Shown here one piece after another: positions 1 to 11,693 of a stretch of DNA of 64,000 nucleotides. A program made the translations under genes and the position numbers. Source of the DNA: Candidatus Aminicenantes bacterium (GTDB lineage Bacteria > Acidobacteriota > Aminicenantia > Aminicenantales > JAFGBC01); the NCBI GenBank assembly GCA_963702005.1, contig OY969696.1:928001-992000 (forward strand), in the 5' to 3' direction. The notes beneath the pieces were generated by a model that worked only from the letters and a program-made list of their open reading frames with translations, ran no database searches and was not told where the DNA came from. Numbering within the stretch: the stretch's first letter is position 1; each line of letters starts with the position of its first letter.

Positions 1-2
1 AC

Positions 3-233
3 AAGGGCGACAGGGGAGAAGGAGCTCCGCCGGGGGATAAAGTCCTCGGCATCGGCAACATCGCCGCCCGCTACATTATCACGACGGAAAACGGGGGCGG
101 CGATCAATATCTCTGGTTCGGCTACAACTACGGATTTAAGTGGACCTCCGAGGGCCGATGCCGCGTCCAAGAGGAAAGCTACGGGCTCTGGTCACCGCTG
201 GGAGAGAAAAAATACCACAAACCGATCAAATAA
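3..233 (+). CDS. 3' end of hypothetical protein (truncated by window start)
   Basis: Open frame KGDRGEGAPPGDKVLGIG...KKYHKPIK ending at TAA 231-233, convergent with the next gene. Confidence 0.6.
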   Translation, partial: KGDRGEGAPPGDKVLGIGNIAARYIITTENGGGDQYLWFGYNYGFKWTSEGRCRVQEESYGLWSPLGEKKYHKPIK

Positions 234-249
234 AATCAACTGCGAAAAT

Positions 250-1398
250 TTAATTCCCGCCGCGGCTTTCCCGAAGCTTGGAGCCGAGCCAGGACCAGAT
301 TTTCTTGTTAAAGGCCAGGCTTGGCGGCTTCTGCTCCAGGACGGCCAGCAGGCTCGTCGACGCCCGATCGTCGGGCGTGAACCGACCCCGGAAGTCCGGG
401 TCCCAGAGCAGCGGAAACTCCGGATGGAATTGGATGCCGAGGACGTTGGGGTAGGTCAGGTGAACGACGGCCTCGGGAATCCGGCCGTCGAGCGAAGTGG
501 CGATGACCTTGAGTCCCCGGCCGATCCGGTCCAGGGCCTGATGATGGGAACTGAGGATGACCGGGGTCGCGGCGGCCGCGAAGCCCCAGTCCCGGACGAA
601 GCGACCGTCGGCGGCGAGCTTGAGGGCGTGAAGATTATAGCGGATGAGGTTGAGGTCGGGGCGGAGGCGCGGCCAGGGATTATTGTGCCAGCGCGAGGGA
701 CCTAGGGCGATGATATCCTCAACGAAGTTTTTGCCGTAGACCTCCTGCCAGATGTCCTGGATCATCGTTCCCCCCGTCCCGACGTTGAGGGTCTGGAAGC
801 CGAGGCAGATCCCGAGAATGGGAAATCCCGGCCGCGCGTCGAGGAGGGGCTTGAAAGACTCGTCCTGGGATCCTCCCAGGAAGTGGAAGACGGCCGAAAG
901 CTCGAAGTAATGACGGTAGGGATCCTCGATCTCGGCAAGGAGGCTCGTCTTCTTGCCGTAGACGGCCGGAGGGATGTCCGGTCCGCCGAAGAAAATGACG
1001 CCGTCCGCTTTTTTGAGAATGGTTTCGTATTCCGGCGTACAGGCGTTCTTCCGGTAGAGGAGGCCGGGGTCGATCTCGGCGGAGACGGCATGAAACTTCA
1101 TCCAGGTCAGCCCGTTGTCGGCCGCGTATTTGGCCGACTCGGCATAGTCGGTGGCCTCCTTCTCGTGGTAAACGCCCACGACCGTGAGGCCGGAGGGGTC
1201 GAGGAGCCCGTTCTTGAAAAGGGCGGCCAGGGCCCGGATGCTGCCCGTCGAGGGATAAAAAACGGCCAGCCGGACGCCGTCGTGGGGCTCGGGCGCCGTG
1301 TCGAAGAATCGGTCCGCGGGAGCGGCCTGGGGGGGGCGGACGAGGATCAGCGCCAGAAAGGCGGCCAGGACGATGATCGGGATGTTGCGTTTGCTCAT
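250..1398 (-). CDS. Peptidase C26 / gamma-glutamyl-gamma-aminobutyrate hydrolase family (class I glutamine amidotransferase fold) with signal peptide
   Basis: GGPDI, GICLGFQ nucleophile elbow, SSHHQA and GIQFHPE motifs; hydrophobic N-terminus. Confidence 0.85.
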   Translation of the reverse strand: MSKRNIPIIVLAAFLALILVRPPQAAPADRFFDTAPEPHDGVRLAVFYPSTGSIRALAALFKNGLLDPSGLTVVGVYHEKEATDYAESAKYAADNGLTWMKFHAVSAEIDPGLLYRKNACTPEYETILKKADGVIFFGGPDIPPAVYGKKTSLLAEIEDPYRHYFELSAVFHFLGGSQDESFKPLLDARPGFPILGICLGFQTLNVGTGGTMIQDIWQEVYGKNFVEDIIALGPSRWHNNPWPRLRPDLNLIRYNLHALKLAADGRFVRDWGFAAAATPVILSSHHQALDRIGRGLKVIATSLDGRIPEAVVHLTYPNVLGIQFHPEFPLLWDPDFRGRFTPDDRASTSLLAVLEQKPPSLAFNKKIWSWLGSKLRESRGGN

Positions 1399-1505
1399 GG
1401 TTCACTCCTTGAAGAGGCGGATGCCGCGGAGGCTGGGCTGTCGAATCGTAGCCATTTACGGTCATTATAGCGGACTTCACTCGTTTCCTCTATAATGAAA
1501 ATCCG

Positions 1506-1775
1506 ATGTCCGCTTCGAAAGCTGCTTCATCCCGGCCGCCGCGGGAGGGAACCTGCCGGGTCGAGTTCTACGCGGGCCACAGATCCTGCGAGACCCCTCG
1601 TATCCTGATCTGGCGCGGCCGGAGGCTCGAGATCGGATCGGTGCGGAGAAGAAGCCGCGTCCTGGACAAGGCCTCGGGCCTGATCAAGGACGTATTTGAT
1701 TGCGAGGTCCAAGGCCGCCGGGCCTTGATCTCGAGGCCGCCCAGCGGGCCCTGCCGCGTCCGTTTCCTGGATTGA
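1506..1775 (+). CDS. Small hypothetical protein (89 aa)
   Basis: Fills the gap between divergent genes; TATAAT at 1491-1496 just upstream. Confidence 0.55.
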   Translation: MSASKAASSRPPREGTCRVEFYAGHRSCETPRILIWRGRRLEIGSVRRRSRVLDKASGLIKDVFDCEVQGRRALISRPPSGPCRVRFLD

Positions 1776-1894
1776 ACGCCGTCCGGCGTCCTGTTTCGGA
1801 GGGAACCTTTTAGTCCCGCCCTGCGTAATAGCTGGTGGAATGGACGGAGGAGGAGCATGGGGCGGGCCGGTTCGGCCCAAGGAAGGATTGTTCC

Positions 1895-4060
1895 ATGAGA
1901 AACGAAGCAAAGCGGAAAAAACAGATCCTGCCGGCCGTCCTTTTGTCCATGGCCGTTTTATGTCCGGGCGCGCTTATTGCCGGCGCCCAACCCCAGGCCA
2001 AGCCTCCTCTGGATATCCCCAGGCTGTCCCATGCTCCCAAGATCGACGGCGTCCTCGACAATCCCCTCTGGGAAAAAGAAGCTCTTAAGATCGAGAATTT
2101 CGTCCAGCTCACGCCCAAAGAGAACGGCGCGCCCACCGAGAAGACCGTAGCCTATGTCGGGTTCGACGAGAAGAACCTCTACCTGGCCTTCCGCTGCTTC
2201 GACTCGGACCCCCCCAAGGTCCGCTGCTCGATCACGAGCCGGGACAATATCATCGACGACGATTGGATCCTCCTTATGCTGGACACCTTCAACGAGAAGC
2301 GCAGGGCCTTCGGCTTCTTCCTGAATCCGGCCGGGATTCAAATCGACGCCATGCGGATCGAGGAGGGGGGGAACGAAAACTTCGACATGTCCTGGGACAC
2401 CGTCTTCGACTCGGCCGGGACGATCGACAAGGACGGCTGGACCGCCGAGATGGCCGTGCCCTTCAAGAGCATCCGCTTCCCGGATCAGGAGACGAAGTCC
2501 TGGAATATCGTCCTTGCCCGCAACCTCCCCCGCAAGGGCGAGATTATGCTCTGGCCGTCCTACAGCCGTGACGTCCCCGGGCTCCTCACCCAGGGGCAGA
2601 TCTGGAGGATCCAGGGCCGCGTCGAGAAGGGCAAGAACCTGGAGGTCATGCCCATCCTGACCTCGCTCCAGCGCCAGGGCGAATCGCTCAACGTCCAGCC
2701 CGGGGCCAACGTCAAGTACGGGGTCAGCTCGAACATGACCCTGGACTTCGCGGCCAACCCGGACTTCAGCCATATCGAGGCCGATGCTCCCCAGATCGAC
2801 GTCAACCTCCGCTATGCCCTCCGCTACCAGGAGAAACGGCCGTTCTTCTTGGAGGGGATGGAGCTTTTCAGCTACCCCCAGATCGAAATGGTCTACACGC
2901 GCCGGATCATCGACCCGCTCTGGGGCGCCAAGATCTCGGGGAAGTTCGGCAAGACGGCCTACGGCATCCTCTCGGCCTACGACGTCAACCCGAGCGAGAG
3001 CCTCTGGGATGTCCACGGCGGCGGCGTCAAGAAGGACGAGAACGCCCTATTCAACATCGTCCGGCTCAAGACCGACGTCGGTGCCGGCTCCTTTCTCGGC
3101 TTTTCGCTGGCCGATAAGGAGATCGACGGGTCCTGGAACCGCGTCGCCGGCCTGGACGGCCAGTTCCGGTTCAAGGACCGCGTCTTCTTCTTTTTCCAGG
3201 CCGTCGCTTCCAAGACGAGCTACGACCGGGAGATTACGACCCTGGCCCCGGCCCTCTACGCCGAGAGCTACTACACGACCAAGCACTGGACCGCCGGCGG
3301 CTACTTCATGGCCATTCATCCGGAGTTCGAGGCCTCCTCGGGCTTCGTCAACCGGATCGACTACCGGAGCGGCGGCGCGTTCTCGTCCCTGACCCTCTAC
3401 CCCGACAAGAAATTCCTCAACCAGGTCCGGTTCCAGCTCCAGGCCGGACAGCGGAATTCCTACTTCGGGCCGACGGTCCAGGACCAGTGGGGCCGGTTCA
3501 ATCTTCAGCTCCGCTTCACCGAGTTCAATCAGATGTTCCTCACGCTCGAAAGAGCCATGGAACGCTATGCCGAGGTCGACTTCCGGAAGACGAACCTGTC
3601 GATCGAGTCGCAATTTAACCTGATCGGCTGGATGCCCTTCAGTTTCTATTTCCAGACCGGCGACAGCATCAACTACGACCCCGAAGACGCCTTCCTGGGC
3701 TATAGTAACGCCTACGGCGTCTCCGTCAACTTCAAGCCGAACAAGCGTTTGAACCTGGGATTCGACCTCAGCAAGGAGACCTTCTGGGAGAAGTGGGGCG
3801 GGAAGGAGCTCTGGGACTACAACGTCGTCCGGATGAGGACGACCTACCAGATATCCAAGCCGCTGTCGCTGCGGGCGATCGTCGACTACAACCATTATTA
3901 CAAAGAGATCTTCGGGAGCTTCCTCATTTCCTGGGTCCTCAAGCCCGGCACGGTCTTCTTCCTCGGCTTCGACAACAACTACCTCCGGGACAAGCTCGGC
4001 CGCTACAGCCGGGACAATTACAACGTCTTCGTGAAGTTCTCCTACTGGTGGCGGGTCTGA
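1895..4060 (+). CDS. CBM9-like/DUF5916 family exported (outer-membrane) protein
   Basis: Signal peptide; PKIDGVLD, GWTAEMAVPFKSIRF, NPDFSHIEAD and EKRPFFLEG motifs; aromatic C-terminus KFSYWWRV; start moved to ATG 1895 after AAGGAAGG. Confidence 0.8.
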   Translation: MRNEAKRKKQILPAVLLSMAVLCPGALIAGAQPQAKPPLDIPRLSHAPKIDGVLDNPLWEKEALKIENFVQLTPKENGAPTEKTVAYVGFDEKNLYLAFRCFDSDPPKVRCSITSRDNIIDDDWILLMLDTFNEKRRAFGFFLNPAGIQIDAMRIEEGGNENFDMSWDTVFDSAGTIDKDGWTAEMAVPFKSIRFPDQETKSWNIVLARNLPRKGEIMLWPSYSRDVPGLLTQGQIWRIQGRVEKGKNLEVMPILTSLQRQGESLNVQPGANVKYGVSSNMTLDFAANPDFSHIEADAPQIDVNLRYALRYQEKRPFFLEGMELFSYPQIEMVYTRRIIDPLWGAKISGKFGKTAYGILSAYDVNPSESLWDVHGGGVKKDENALFNIVRLKTDVGAGSFLGFSLADKEIDGSWNRVAGLDGQFRFKDRVFFFFQAVASKTSYDREITTLAPALYAESYYTTKHWTAGGYFMAIHPEFEASSGFVNRIDYRSGGAFSSLTLYPDKKFLNQVRFQLQAGQRNSYFGPTVQDQWGRFNLQLRFTEFNQMFLTLERAMERYAEVDFRKTNLSIESQFNLIGWMPFSFYFQTGDSINYDPEDAFLGYSNAYGVSVNFKPNKRLNLGFDLSKETFWEKWGGKELWDYNVVRMRTTYQISKPLSLRAIVDYNHYYKEIFGSFLISWVLKPGTVFFLGFDNNYLRDKLGRYSRDNYNVFVKFSYWWRV

Positions 4061-4173
4061 GCGAACCGGGTACGAAACAGCAGCCGGCAATTTTCCGCTT
4101 CCATCAAATCCGCTTCTTGCTCTAGCGTTCCCTTCTTCCCCTTTTTATTAATAGGTCTGGATCGATGGCCTTG

Positions 4174-6993
4174 TCAAGCCGTCTTCGGTTCGTGTCCCGA
4201 TTCTTGGAAAGCGATGACGATGGCCGTTCCTTTCTTTCTCTCAAGCTTGATCGTTCCTTCCAGCTGGCTGACGAGCAGGTTCACGATCTGCAGTCCGAGG
4301 CTTTCGCTGAGCTGAAAATCCAGCTTTTCGGGGAAACCCACGCCGTTATCCGCAACGCGAAGCTCCACGGCGCCGTCTTCCCGGCGCCGAAGCCCGATCT
4401 TGACCACTCCCTTCCGATCCCCCGGAAACGCGTGTTTGAGCGCGTTCGAAATCAGCTCGTTGACCAGGAGGCCGCAGGGTACGGCCGCATTGATATCCAA
4501 GTGGACGTCTTCCAGCTCGGTCTCCAGCCGGACTTGATTGGCGTCAATCCTATAAGCATGGAACAGGTGAACCGACAGGCTCCGGATGTAGTCGGAGAAG
4601 TCGATTTTCGACAGGTCGCGGGATTGATAAAGCTTCTCGTGGATAAGGCCCATGGAGCGGATGCGCGTCTGTCCCTCTTTAAGAATCCTCCGGGCCTCCT
4701 CATCCTTGACGCGCCCGGCCTGAAGGTTGAAGAGACTGGAGATGACCTGCATGTTGTTCTTCACCCGGTGATGGATCTCCCTCAGCAGCACCTCCTTTTC
4801 CCGCAGCGCCGCCTGAACGGCCTCCTCCGCCCGCTTCTGCTCGGTCATGTCGTGATAGAGCGTCTGAAACTGCCTTTGGCCGTTCCAAAGCACTTCCTTG
4901 CGGAAGACCTGGAGCCGGCGGATTTCGCCGTTTTTCTTAACGATGCTGATTTGATATTCGAACGGCCCATCTTCCCCCTGCCGCCTTTTTTCTTTTCTTA
5001 ATTGGAACTCCTCAAGGCTCTCCGGAGTGTAACGATCCTTGAGCGGCGTGGCGCGCAGTTCTTCGACGCTATCGAAGCCGTACATCTCCAGGATAGCCCT
5101 GTTGGCGTAGAGGGTCTCTCCCTCGGCATCGACGATGCGCACCCCGAGCGGGGAATCATCCAGGGAACGCCGGAAGTTTTCCTCGGCCCGGCGCAGCGCC
5201 TCCTCCGCCCGCTTGCGTTCGGTGATATCCTCCGCGATGCCGACGTACCTTGTCACGTTTCCGTTCTGGTCAAAAACCGGATAGGTGCGCGCCCGCACCC
5301 ATCGGATCGAGCGGTCGGGGCGGAAGACGCGGTACTCTTCATCGAACGGCCGATTCTCTTCGTATAGGGCCTTGTGGGAGACCGAGACCCGCGCTTTGTC
5401 CTCGGGGTGAACATGCTCCATGAAGGACGGTCCTTTCAGGTACATCTCCTCGACGGTCCGCCCCCAGATAGTTTCGTACTCAGGGCTGATGTAGAGGATG
5501 CGGCCCGTATTTCGATCCCTGAGCCAGAACACCTCGCGGATGGTCTCCACCACCTCGCGGAACCGCTCCTCGCTCTCTCGCAGCGCATCCTCGGCCCGCT
5601 TGCGCCCGGTAATATCGGAGGTGACAATGACCACCTTCCAATCGGGAAATGGTACGGGAACCGCGCTTACGCTGGTCCATATAATAGTGCCGTCCTCTTT
5701 TACTACGCCGGTCTCGACATTGTGAATTGCCCGTTGCTCCTCGAGCGCCCGTGCGCTGGCAAACTCCTCGGCCGGCATGGGCGTTCCATCCGGTCTGAGA
5801 AATGTTCGACTCTTGTAATCGCCCCTGAGCAGACCCTCCCTGGACATCTCCAAAATCCTTTCAAGGGCGGAGTTCATAAAGGAAATCTTCCGTTCGGCGT
5901 CGAGAATGGAGACTCCTACCGGCAGTATCTCGAAAAGGGCGTTTAGTTTCGATCCGCTCTCCCGCCGCGCCTCCGCCGTCCTATACCGCTCTCGATAGAA
6001 GCGGGCCCGCTGATGCCGCCAGATTAAACCCACCCCCGCGCCCGCCCCCAGGAGCAGGGCGCCGATAAGCGCGATCATTAGCCCCCGCCGTTCTCTCAGG
6101 GGAGCGTACGCTTCCGCGGTATCCATGCGGGCGACCAGAAACCAGGGCGAGTCGGGAACGGCTCGAAGGCAAGCCACCACCCGGACGCCCCGATAATCCG
6201 AACCCTCCACGATTCCCTCCCGGCCCAGCGCGGCCTTGACGGCGGGGACGTCCGTTTTTTCCAACGGAATACGCAGATTCAGGGCGGTGTTTTTTTGAAA
6301 CTCGGGCTCGTTGAGATACACCGCGTCATTTCCGTCCCGGCGGACGAGCAAGGTCTCGGCGCTGCGGCTGGGCGTGGGCCAGCGATTGATGTAGGGATAG
6401 AGATACTTCCCGGGATCGATCCTCAGGACAAGGATCCCCAGCGCCGGGCGGTCTCCCCTCCCGTCGAGGATGGGGACCAGGATCGAGAGATGGATGGGGC
6501 GATCGGGAGAATCGCGATGGAAATCCAGGAAAACCACCCGACCCGAGCGCAGGATTTCGGGAGCCTGCTCCAAGAGATGGGCGGCGACGGGCTCGGGCGT
6601 TTCGGGGGCCGAGATCCGCTCGACGCCTTGGGCGTCCAGCAGAAAAATCCGATCATACTCAAATTGCGTTCTGTATTTGTCCAGCCATACCTGGAGCCGG
6701 CCTCGGGCGTTCGGGTCCGCCGGCTGCCCGAAAAAGTTCCGCACCAAGGCGGAAAAGGAGGCGTTCTTGAATAGGATGCCGGCATCGCCCAAGCGCTCCT
6801 TGCGCCACGCGACCAGCTCGCTCACCTTCAGTTCCGCGATGGCCGAAAGCCGGCGCTCAATTTCTCCCCTGAATTGACGTTCATAACTTCGGTAACTTAA
6901 ATAGCCTATGGTGATGATGCCCGCTGTCAGGAGGACGAAAAGCAGGATAAAGACATATCCGGCGCGGAGTTTTTCCCGAGTGTCAGGTTTCAT
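4174..6993 (-). CDS. Membrane PAS-domain sensor histidine kinase (HisKA_2 type)
   Basis: Two TM segments, three PAS/PAC repeats (DITxRKRAE), EIHHRVKNNMQ H-box, NELISNALKH, DNGVG, SLGL. Confidence 0.9.
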   Translation of the reverse strand: MKPDTREKLRAGYVFILLFVLLTAGIITIGYLSYRSYERQFRGEIERRLSAIAELKVSELVAWRKERLGDAGILFKNASFSALVRNFFGQPADPNARGRLQVWLDKYRTQFEYDRIFLLDAQGVERISAPETPEPVAAHLLEQAPEILRSGRVVFLDFHRDSPDRPIHLSILVPILDGRGDRPALGILVLRIDPGKYLYPYINRWPTPSRSAETLLVRRDGNDAVYLNEPEFQKNTALNLRIPLEKTDVPAVKAALGREGIVEGSDYRGVRVVACLRAVPDSPWFLVARMDTAEAYAPLRERRGLMIALIGALLLGAGAGVGLIWRHQRARFYRERYRTAEARRESGSKLNALFEILPVGVSILDAERKISFMNSALERILEMSREGLLRGDYKSRTFLRPDGTPMPAEEFASARALEEQRAIHNVETGVVKEDGTIIWTSVSAVPVPFPDWKVVIVTSDITGRKRAEDALRESEERFREVVETIREVFWLRDRNTGRILYISPEYETIWGRTVEEMYLKGPSFMEHVHPEDKARVSVSHKALYEENRPFDEEYRVFRPDRSIRWVRARTYPVFDQNGNVTRYVGIAEDITERKRAEEALRRAEENFRRSLDDSPLGVRIVDAEGETLYANRAILEMYGFDSVEELRATPLKDRYTPESLEEFQLRKEKRRQGEDGPFEYQISIVKKNGEIRRLQVFRKEVLWNGQRQFQTLYHDMTEQKRAEEAVQAALREKEVLLREIHHRVKNNMQVISSLFNLQAGRVKDEEARRILKEGQTRIRSMGLIHEKLYQSRDLSKIDFSDYIRSLSVHLFHAYRIDANQVRLETELEDVHLDINAAVPCGLLVNELISNALKHAFPGDRKGVVKIGLRRREDGAVELRVADNGVGFPEKLDFQLSESLGLQIVNLLVSQLEGTIKLERKKGTAIVIAFQESGHEPKTA

Positions 6994-7248
6994 GATTCAA
7001 ATCATTTGGCCGGCGGCTTTCCGGCCTGAAACGCGCTCGCGGCTCCTGGAGACTTTTCCATTCCGATGACTCTCCTCCCCGATCCCGATGGAGAAGAATA
7101 GCCTTTTTGACTTCACCGAAAAAAAGTGCCGATTTCAGGCTCTTAGCCTCGTTTCGTTTTTTTAATTGTACAGTGCCTTAAGAGATCATGTCAAATCGAA
7201 CTTCCCGGATTTTGGGCTCGCCCCAGGGACGGGTATAATAGACCCGTT

Positions 7249-10200
7249 ATGAGCTTTCTCTTCCTCGAGAACGTTGCGGCCTTTAAATCCCTGGCCGGGG
7301 CGCTGAAAGCCGGGGATAAGGGGCTCGTCGTCTCCGGACTGACCGATGCCGCCAAGCCCCTTTTCCTGATGAACTTGGTCCGGACGACCGGGCGTCGGAT
7401 CGTCTATGTCCAGACGGTAGGCCAATCCTTGGAGCGGTTCGATCAGGAATGCCGCTTTTTCTTCACTCAAGCCGGGCTTTCGTCGCGGGCGCTGATGCTT
7501 CCCGCCCTGTCGGACGATCCCTACCAGGAAGTCCCGCCCCCGCTCGAGGCCGCCGCGGCGAGGATGAAAGTCCTGTACAGCCTGACCTACCATCCGCCCG
7601 CCTTGATCCTGGCCAGCCTTCCGGGACTCCTGAAGCCCGTCCCCGGTCCCGAGGACCTCAAGGCGCTTTTTCTTTCGCTCGAAAAGGACGCCCCGTTCGG
7701 CCGCGACCGCCTTCTCCTCGACCTGGCCGATTTCGGCTACACGCAGGAAGATCTCGTCTCGTCGGCCGGCGAGTATGCTTGGCGGGGGGGATCGTCGACG
7801 TCTTCTCGCCCTGGCAGGACTACCCCTGGCGGATCGAGTTCAGCGGGGACGACGTCGCCTCGATCCGAGAATTCGATCCCTCGACCCAACGCTCCCTCAA
7901 GAGGCTGGAGCGGGCCGTGATCACCTCGCTCCGCGAATACCCGGCCTCCGCTTCCTTCCGGGCCGCCTGGGAGGAAAGGGCTAGGACGCTCGCCCGGCGC
8001 GAAAGCCGGGACCTCGACGTGAAGCTCGAGCTCATCCGCCGGAACGATCCCGCGCCTTCTTTCCCCTATCTCGCGCTTCTCCTCCGCGATCGGTTCGTGC
8101 CGATCACCCGCTATTTGGACGACGTCCTGTTCGTGATCGACGAGCCGGACGAGGTCTTCAAGGAATGGGACGAGGCCCTCGAAGACTGGACCGCCCAGCG
8201 CGCCGATCACGAGGCGAACAAGATTTTCAGCCTTCCGCCCCGGGACCTCTTCTCGGCCGGCCTGGCGGATCGCGTCCGGCGGGAAGCGCTCGTCCTGCGC
8301 GGCCTGGGGCCGGAGCCGGGCGGGCGCGTCTTCGACCTGCCCTTCCAGTCCGTCCCGCGCTTCGAGAACCGGATCCCCTTCTTCATCGAATATTTAAAGA
8401 AGAAGCAGGAGGAGCGCGATCGCTGTTTTATCTATCTGGGCGCCCAGGGCATGAGACAGAAGCTGGCGGTCCTCCTCGAAAGCCACGGGATTGGCCTCAT
8501 CGAGTCGGACACGGCCAAGGTCCGTCCCCGCCGGTCCGAGGTCGTCCTCTGCGTCGGGCCGCTCGGCCGCGGCTTCAGCTTCCCGCCCGAACGGATCTCG
8601 TTCTTTGCCGAGAAGGAGATCCTGACCGAGGAAAAGGTCATCGTCAGCAGGCCCCCGCTCCGGCCCTTCCTGACCCAGTTCCAGGACCTTCATGAGGGAG
8701 ACACGATCGTCCACACCGACTACGGAATCGGGCTGTTCGAAGGCCTGGCCAAGATGGAGGTCGAGGGGACGAACCGCGAATTCATGGAGCTCGTCTACCG
8801 GGACGGCGACCAGCTCTTCGTCCCGGTCGAAGACCTGAACCTCGTCCAGAAGTTCGCCGGGGCGGACGCGGCCCCGCCCCAGCTCGACAAGCTGGGGAGC
8901 CCCGTCTGGCAGGCGACCAAGGAGCGGACCAAAAAGGCGGTCGAGAGGATCGCCCGCGAGCTCCTCGACCTCTATGCTCGGCGCAAGGCCGCCCTCGGCC
9001 ACGGCTTCAGCGCCGAGGGCGACTGGCAGGCCGAGTTCGATAGGATCTTCGAGTACGAGGAAACAGAGGACCAAGCCCGATCCATCCAGGAGATCAAGAA
9101 GGACATGGAAACGCCGGCGCCCATGGACCGGCTCATCGTCGGCGACGTCGGCTACGGCAAGACCGAGGTCGCCATGCGGGCCGCCTTCAAGGCCGTCATG
9201 GACGGAAAGCAGGTCGCCGTCCTCTGCCCGACGACCGTCCTGGCCAGCCAGCACCTCCAGACGTTCCGGACCCGGATGGCCCTCTTTCCGATACGGGTCG
9301 AGGGCTTGACCCGGCTCCAGCCCAAGGCCGAGCAGGCCCGGATCGTGGACGAGCTCAAGAAGGGCATGGTCGACGCCGTCATCGGGACCCACCGCCTCCT
9401 CTCGGCCGACGTCGGCTTCCGCGACCTCGGTCTCCTCATCGTCGACGAGGAGCAGCGCTTCGGCGTCAAGGATAAGGAGCGGATCAAGGGGCTCAAGACG
9501 AACATCGACGTTCTGACCCTGACCGCGACTCCCATCCCCCGGACCTTGAACTTGTCGCTGAGCGGGCTGCGCGATATCAGCCTGATCGAGACGCCGCCCC
9601 GGGACCGGCTGGCCGTTCACACCGTCGTGACCCCGTTCAACGCCAAGCTCATCGGCCAAGCCGTCCGGACCGAGCTCGGCCGGGGCGGCCAGGTTTACTA
9701 CATCCACAACCGTATCGAGGACATCGACAAGGTCGCCCGGCTGATCGAGAAGCTCGTCCCCCAAGCCAAGGTCGTCACCATCCACGGCCGGATGAGCGGC
9801 GCCGAGCTCGAACGGCGGATGATCGGTTTCGTCGGCCAGGCCACGAACGTCCTCGTCTCGACGACGATCATCGAGAACGGGATCGACATTCCGCTCGTCA
9901 ACACCCTCATCGTCGACCGGGCCGACCTCTATGGGCTGGCCCAGCTCTACCAGCTTCGGGGCCGGGTGGGACGCTCCTCGCGCCAGGCCTACGCCTATTT
10001 CCTCGTCCCGCCCTCCTTCGAGCTGACGGATCTCGCCAAGAAGCGGCTCAAGGCCCTCAAGGAATTCAGCGAGTTGGGCTCCGGGTTCCGGCTGGCCGCC
10101 AAGGACCTCGAAATCCGGGGGGCGGGAAACTTCCTGGGGTCCGAACAGCATGGATTCATGGCGGCCGTCGGGTTTGACTTTTACCTCCAGCTCCTCGACC

Positions 10201-10670
10201 AGGCCGTCCGGGAGCTCAAAGGAGAGCCCGTCGAGGAAGCCAAGAGCGAGATCCACCTCCACCTCGACATTCGGATCCCCGAGGACTACCTCCCCCAGGT
10301 CAACCTGAGGTTGAACCTTTACAAGCGAATCGCGAGCCTGGAAAGTCCCGAGGAGGCCGACAGGCTCAAGCGGGAGTTCGAGGACCGGTTCGGCCCCGTT
10401 CCGGAAAGCGTCGAAAACCTCCTCCGCTACGGCGTCGTCAAGCTTCTCGCCCAACGCCTCAGAATCAAATCCCTGGACCGGTCGGGCGACCGCCTCATCC
10501 TTCGCTTCCTCGAGACGTCCCCGGCCGACCTGGCCCGGATCACCCGCCTTCTTAAGCTCCACCGGGGGTCCCTGACGCCCCAGGGCGTCATGACGCTGCG
10601 GCTGCCCGCGGCCGGGGCGACGGCCATCCTTCATGAAACCATCCGAATCTTGAAGGAGTTATCGGGATAG
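7249..10670 (+). CDS. mfd: Transcription-repair coupling factor, split by one frameshift at a G7 tract (7784-7790)
   Basis: ORF 7249-7920 gives the N-terminus to GEYAWRGG; the other frame continues GGIVDVFSP and holds GDVGYGKTEVA, DEEQRFG, TATPIPRTL, QLRGRVGRS and TRCF domain. Confidence 0.92.
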
Positions 10671-10694
10671 ACTATAATAAAACGCTTTTACGAG

Positions 10695-11693
10695 ATGAAA
10701 AGAGACTTTCCGATCCGGACGCTGTTCCCCGCCGTCCTCTTGCTCTGCCTCGTTCCCCTGGCCGGCTGCGGCTCCCGAGAGACGTCCCAACCCCGGACCA
10801 CTCATAAAAACGACCGGTCCCAAAATCCGGCCGCGGGCGCCTCCCCCTCGGGGGAAGTCATCCTGAGGGTCGGGGAGACCGTCTACACCGGGGCCGATTT
10901 CGAGCGCTATATCCATGACCTGACCGGCCGGACGCCGGCCAATTTCGAGGTCGTAACCCTCAGCCGCCTTTTCGACAGGTTCGTCGAAGAGAGGCTTCTG
11001 CTTCGGGCGGCGAAAGACGAGGGCCTCTCGCTGAGCGCCGAAGAACAGAAAACCTCCCTGGCCAGGTCGATCGCGGACAGGGAAATCGCCGCCGACGGGA
11101 CGGGAACGCCCGACGAGACCCAAGCCCTTCTGGAGAGGGCTTTGATCGAAAAGTACACCGCCATCCTCATGAAAGATGCCCAGGTCGGCGACGAAGACAT
11201 CGCCCGATATTACACCGCTCATAAACGGGAATTCCTGGAACCGGCCCGGGTCAAGGTCAGCCAGATCCTCGTTCCGACCGAGGAGAGAGCCGTCGCCCTC
11301 CTCGCCAGGCTCAAATCCGCGACCGAGGACGAATTCCGGATCGCGGCCCGCCAGGAGTCGGTCGGACTCGAAGCGCCCCGGGGCGGCGAGATGGGCGTGT
11401 TCAAGCCCGGCCAGCTCCCTTACGAGATGGAGAAGGTCATCTTCGCCCTGGCCGAGGGCGAGGTCAGCCGCGTCGTCGAATCCTCCTACGGTTTCCACAT
11501 CTTCCGGCTCGACAAACGGTTCGAGCCCGAGCTCGTGCCGGTCGAGCGGGCTGCCGCGGCGATCCGGACCCAAATCCTGGCCGAAAAGGGCAGGGCCGCC
11601 TTGGCCGACCGGCTGGAAGGGCTGCGGGCCCGGCAGGACTGGCAAATCTTCCCCGAGAACCTATCATTCCCCTACCAGAGGAACAATCAATGA
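10695..11693 (+). CDS. PpiC-type peptidyl-prolyl isomerase lipoprotein (SurA/PrsA-like)
   Basis: Lipobox LAGC; SQILV, GGEMG and ESSYGFHIF rotamase motifs; follows mfd. Confidence 0.85.
   Translation: MKRDFPIRTLFPAVLLLCLVPLAGCGSRETSQPRTTHKNDRSQNPAAGASPSGEVILRVGETVYTGADFERYIHDLTGRTPANFEVVTLSRLFDRFVEERLLLRAAKDEGLSLSAEEQKTSLARSIADREIAADGTGTPDETQALLERALIEKYTAILMKDAQVGDEDIARYYTAHKREFLEPARVKVSQILVPTEERAVALLARLKSATEDEFRIAARQESVGLEAPRGGEMGVFKPGQLPYEMEKVIFALAEGEVSRVVESSYGFHIFRLDKRFEPELVPVERAAAAIRTQILAEKGRAALADRLEGLRARQDWQIFPENLSFPYQRNNQ

Noticed and set aside
8394-10634. 746-aa minus-strand ORF
   Set aside because: Antisense shadow of mfd
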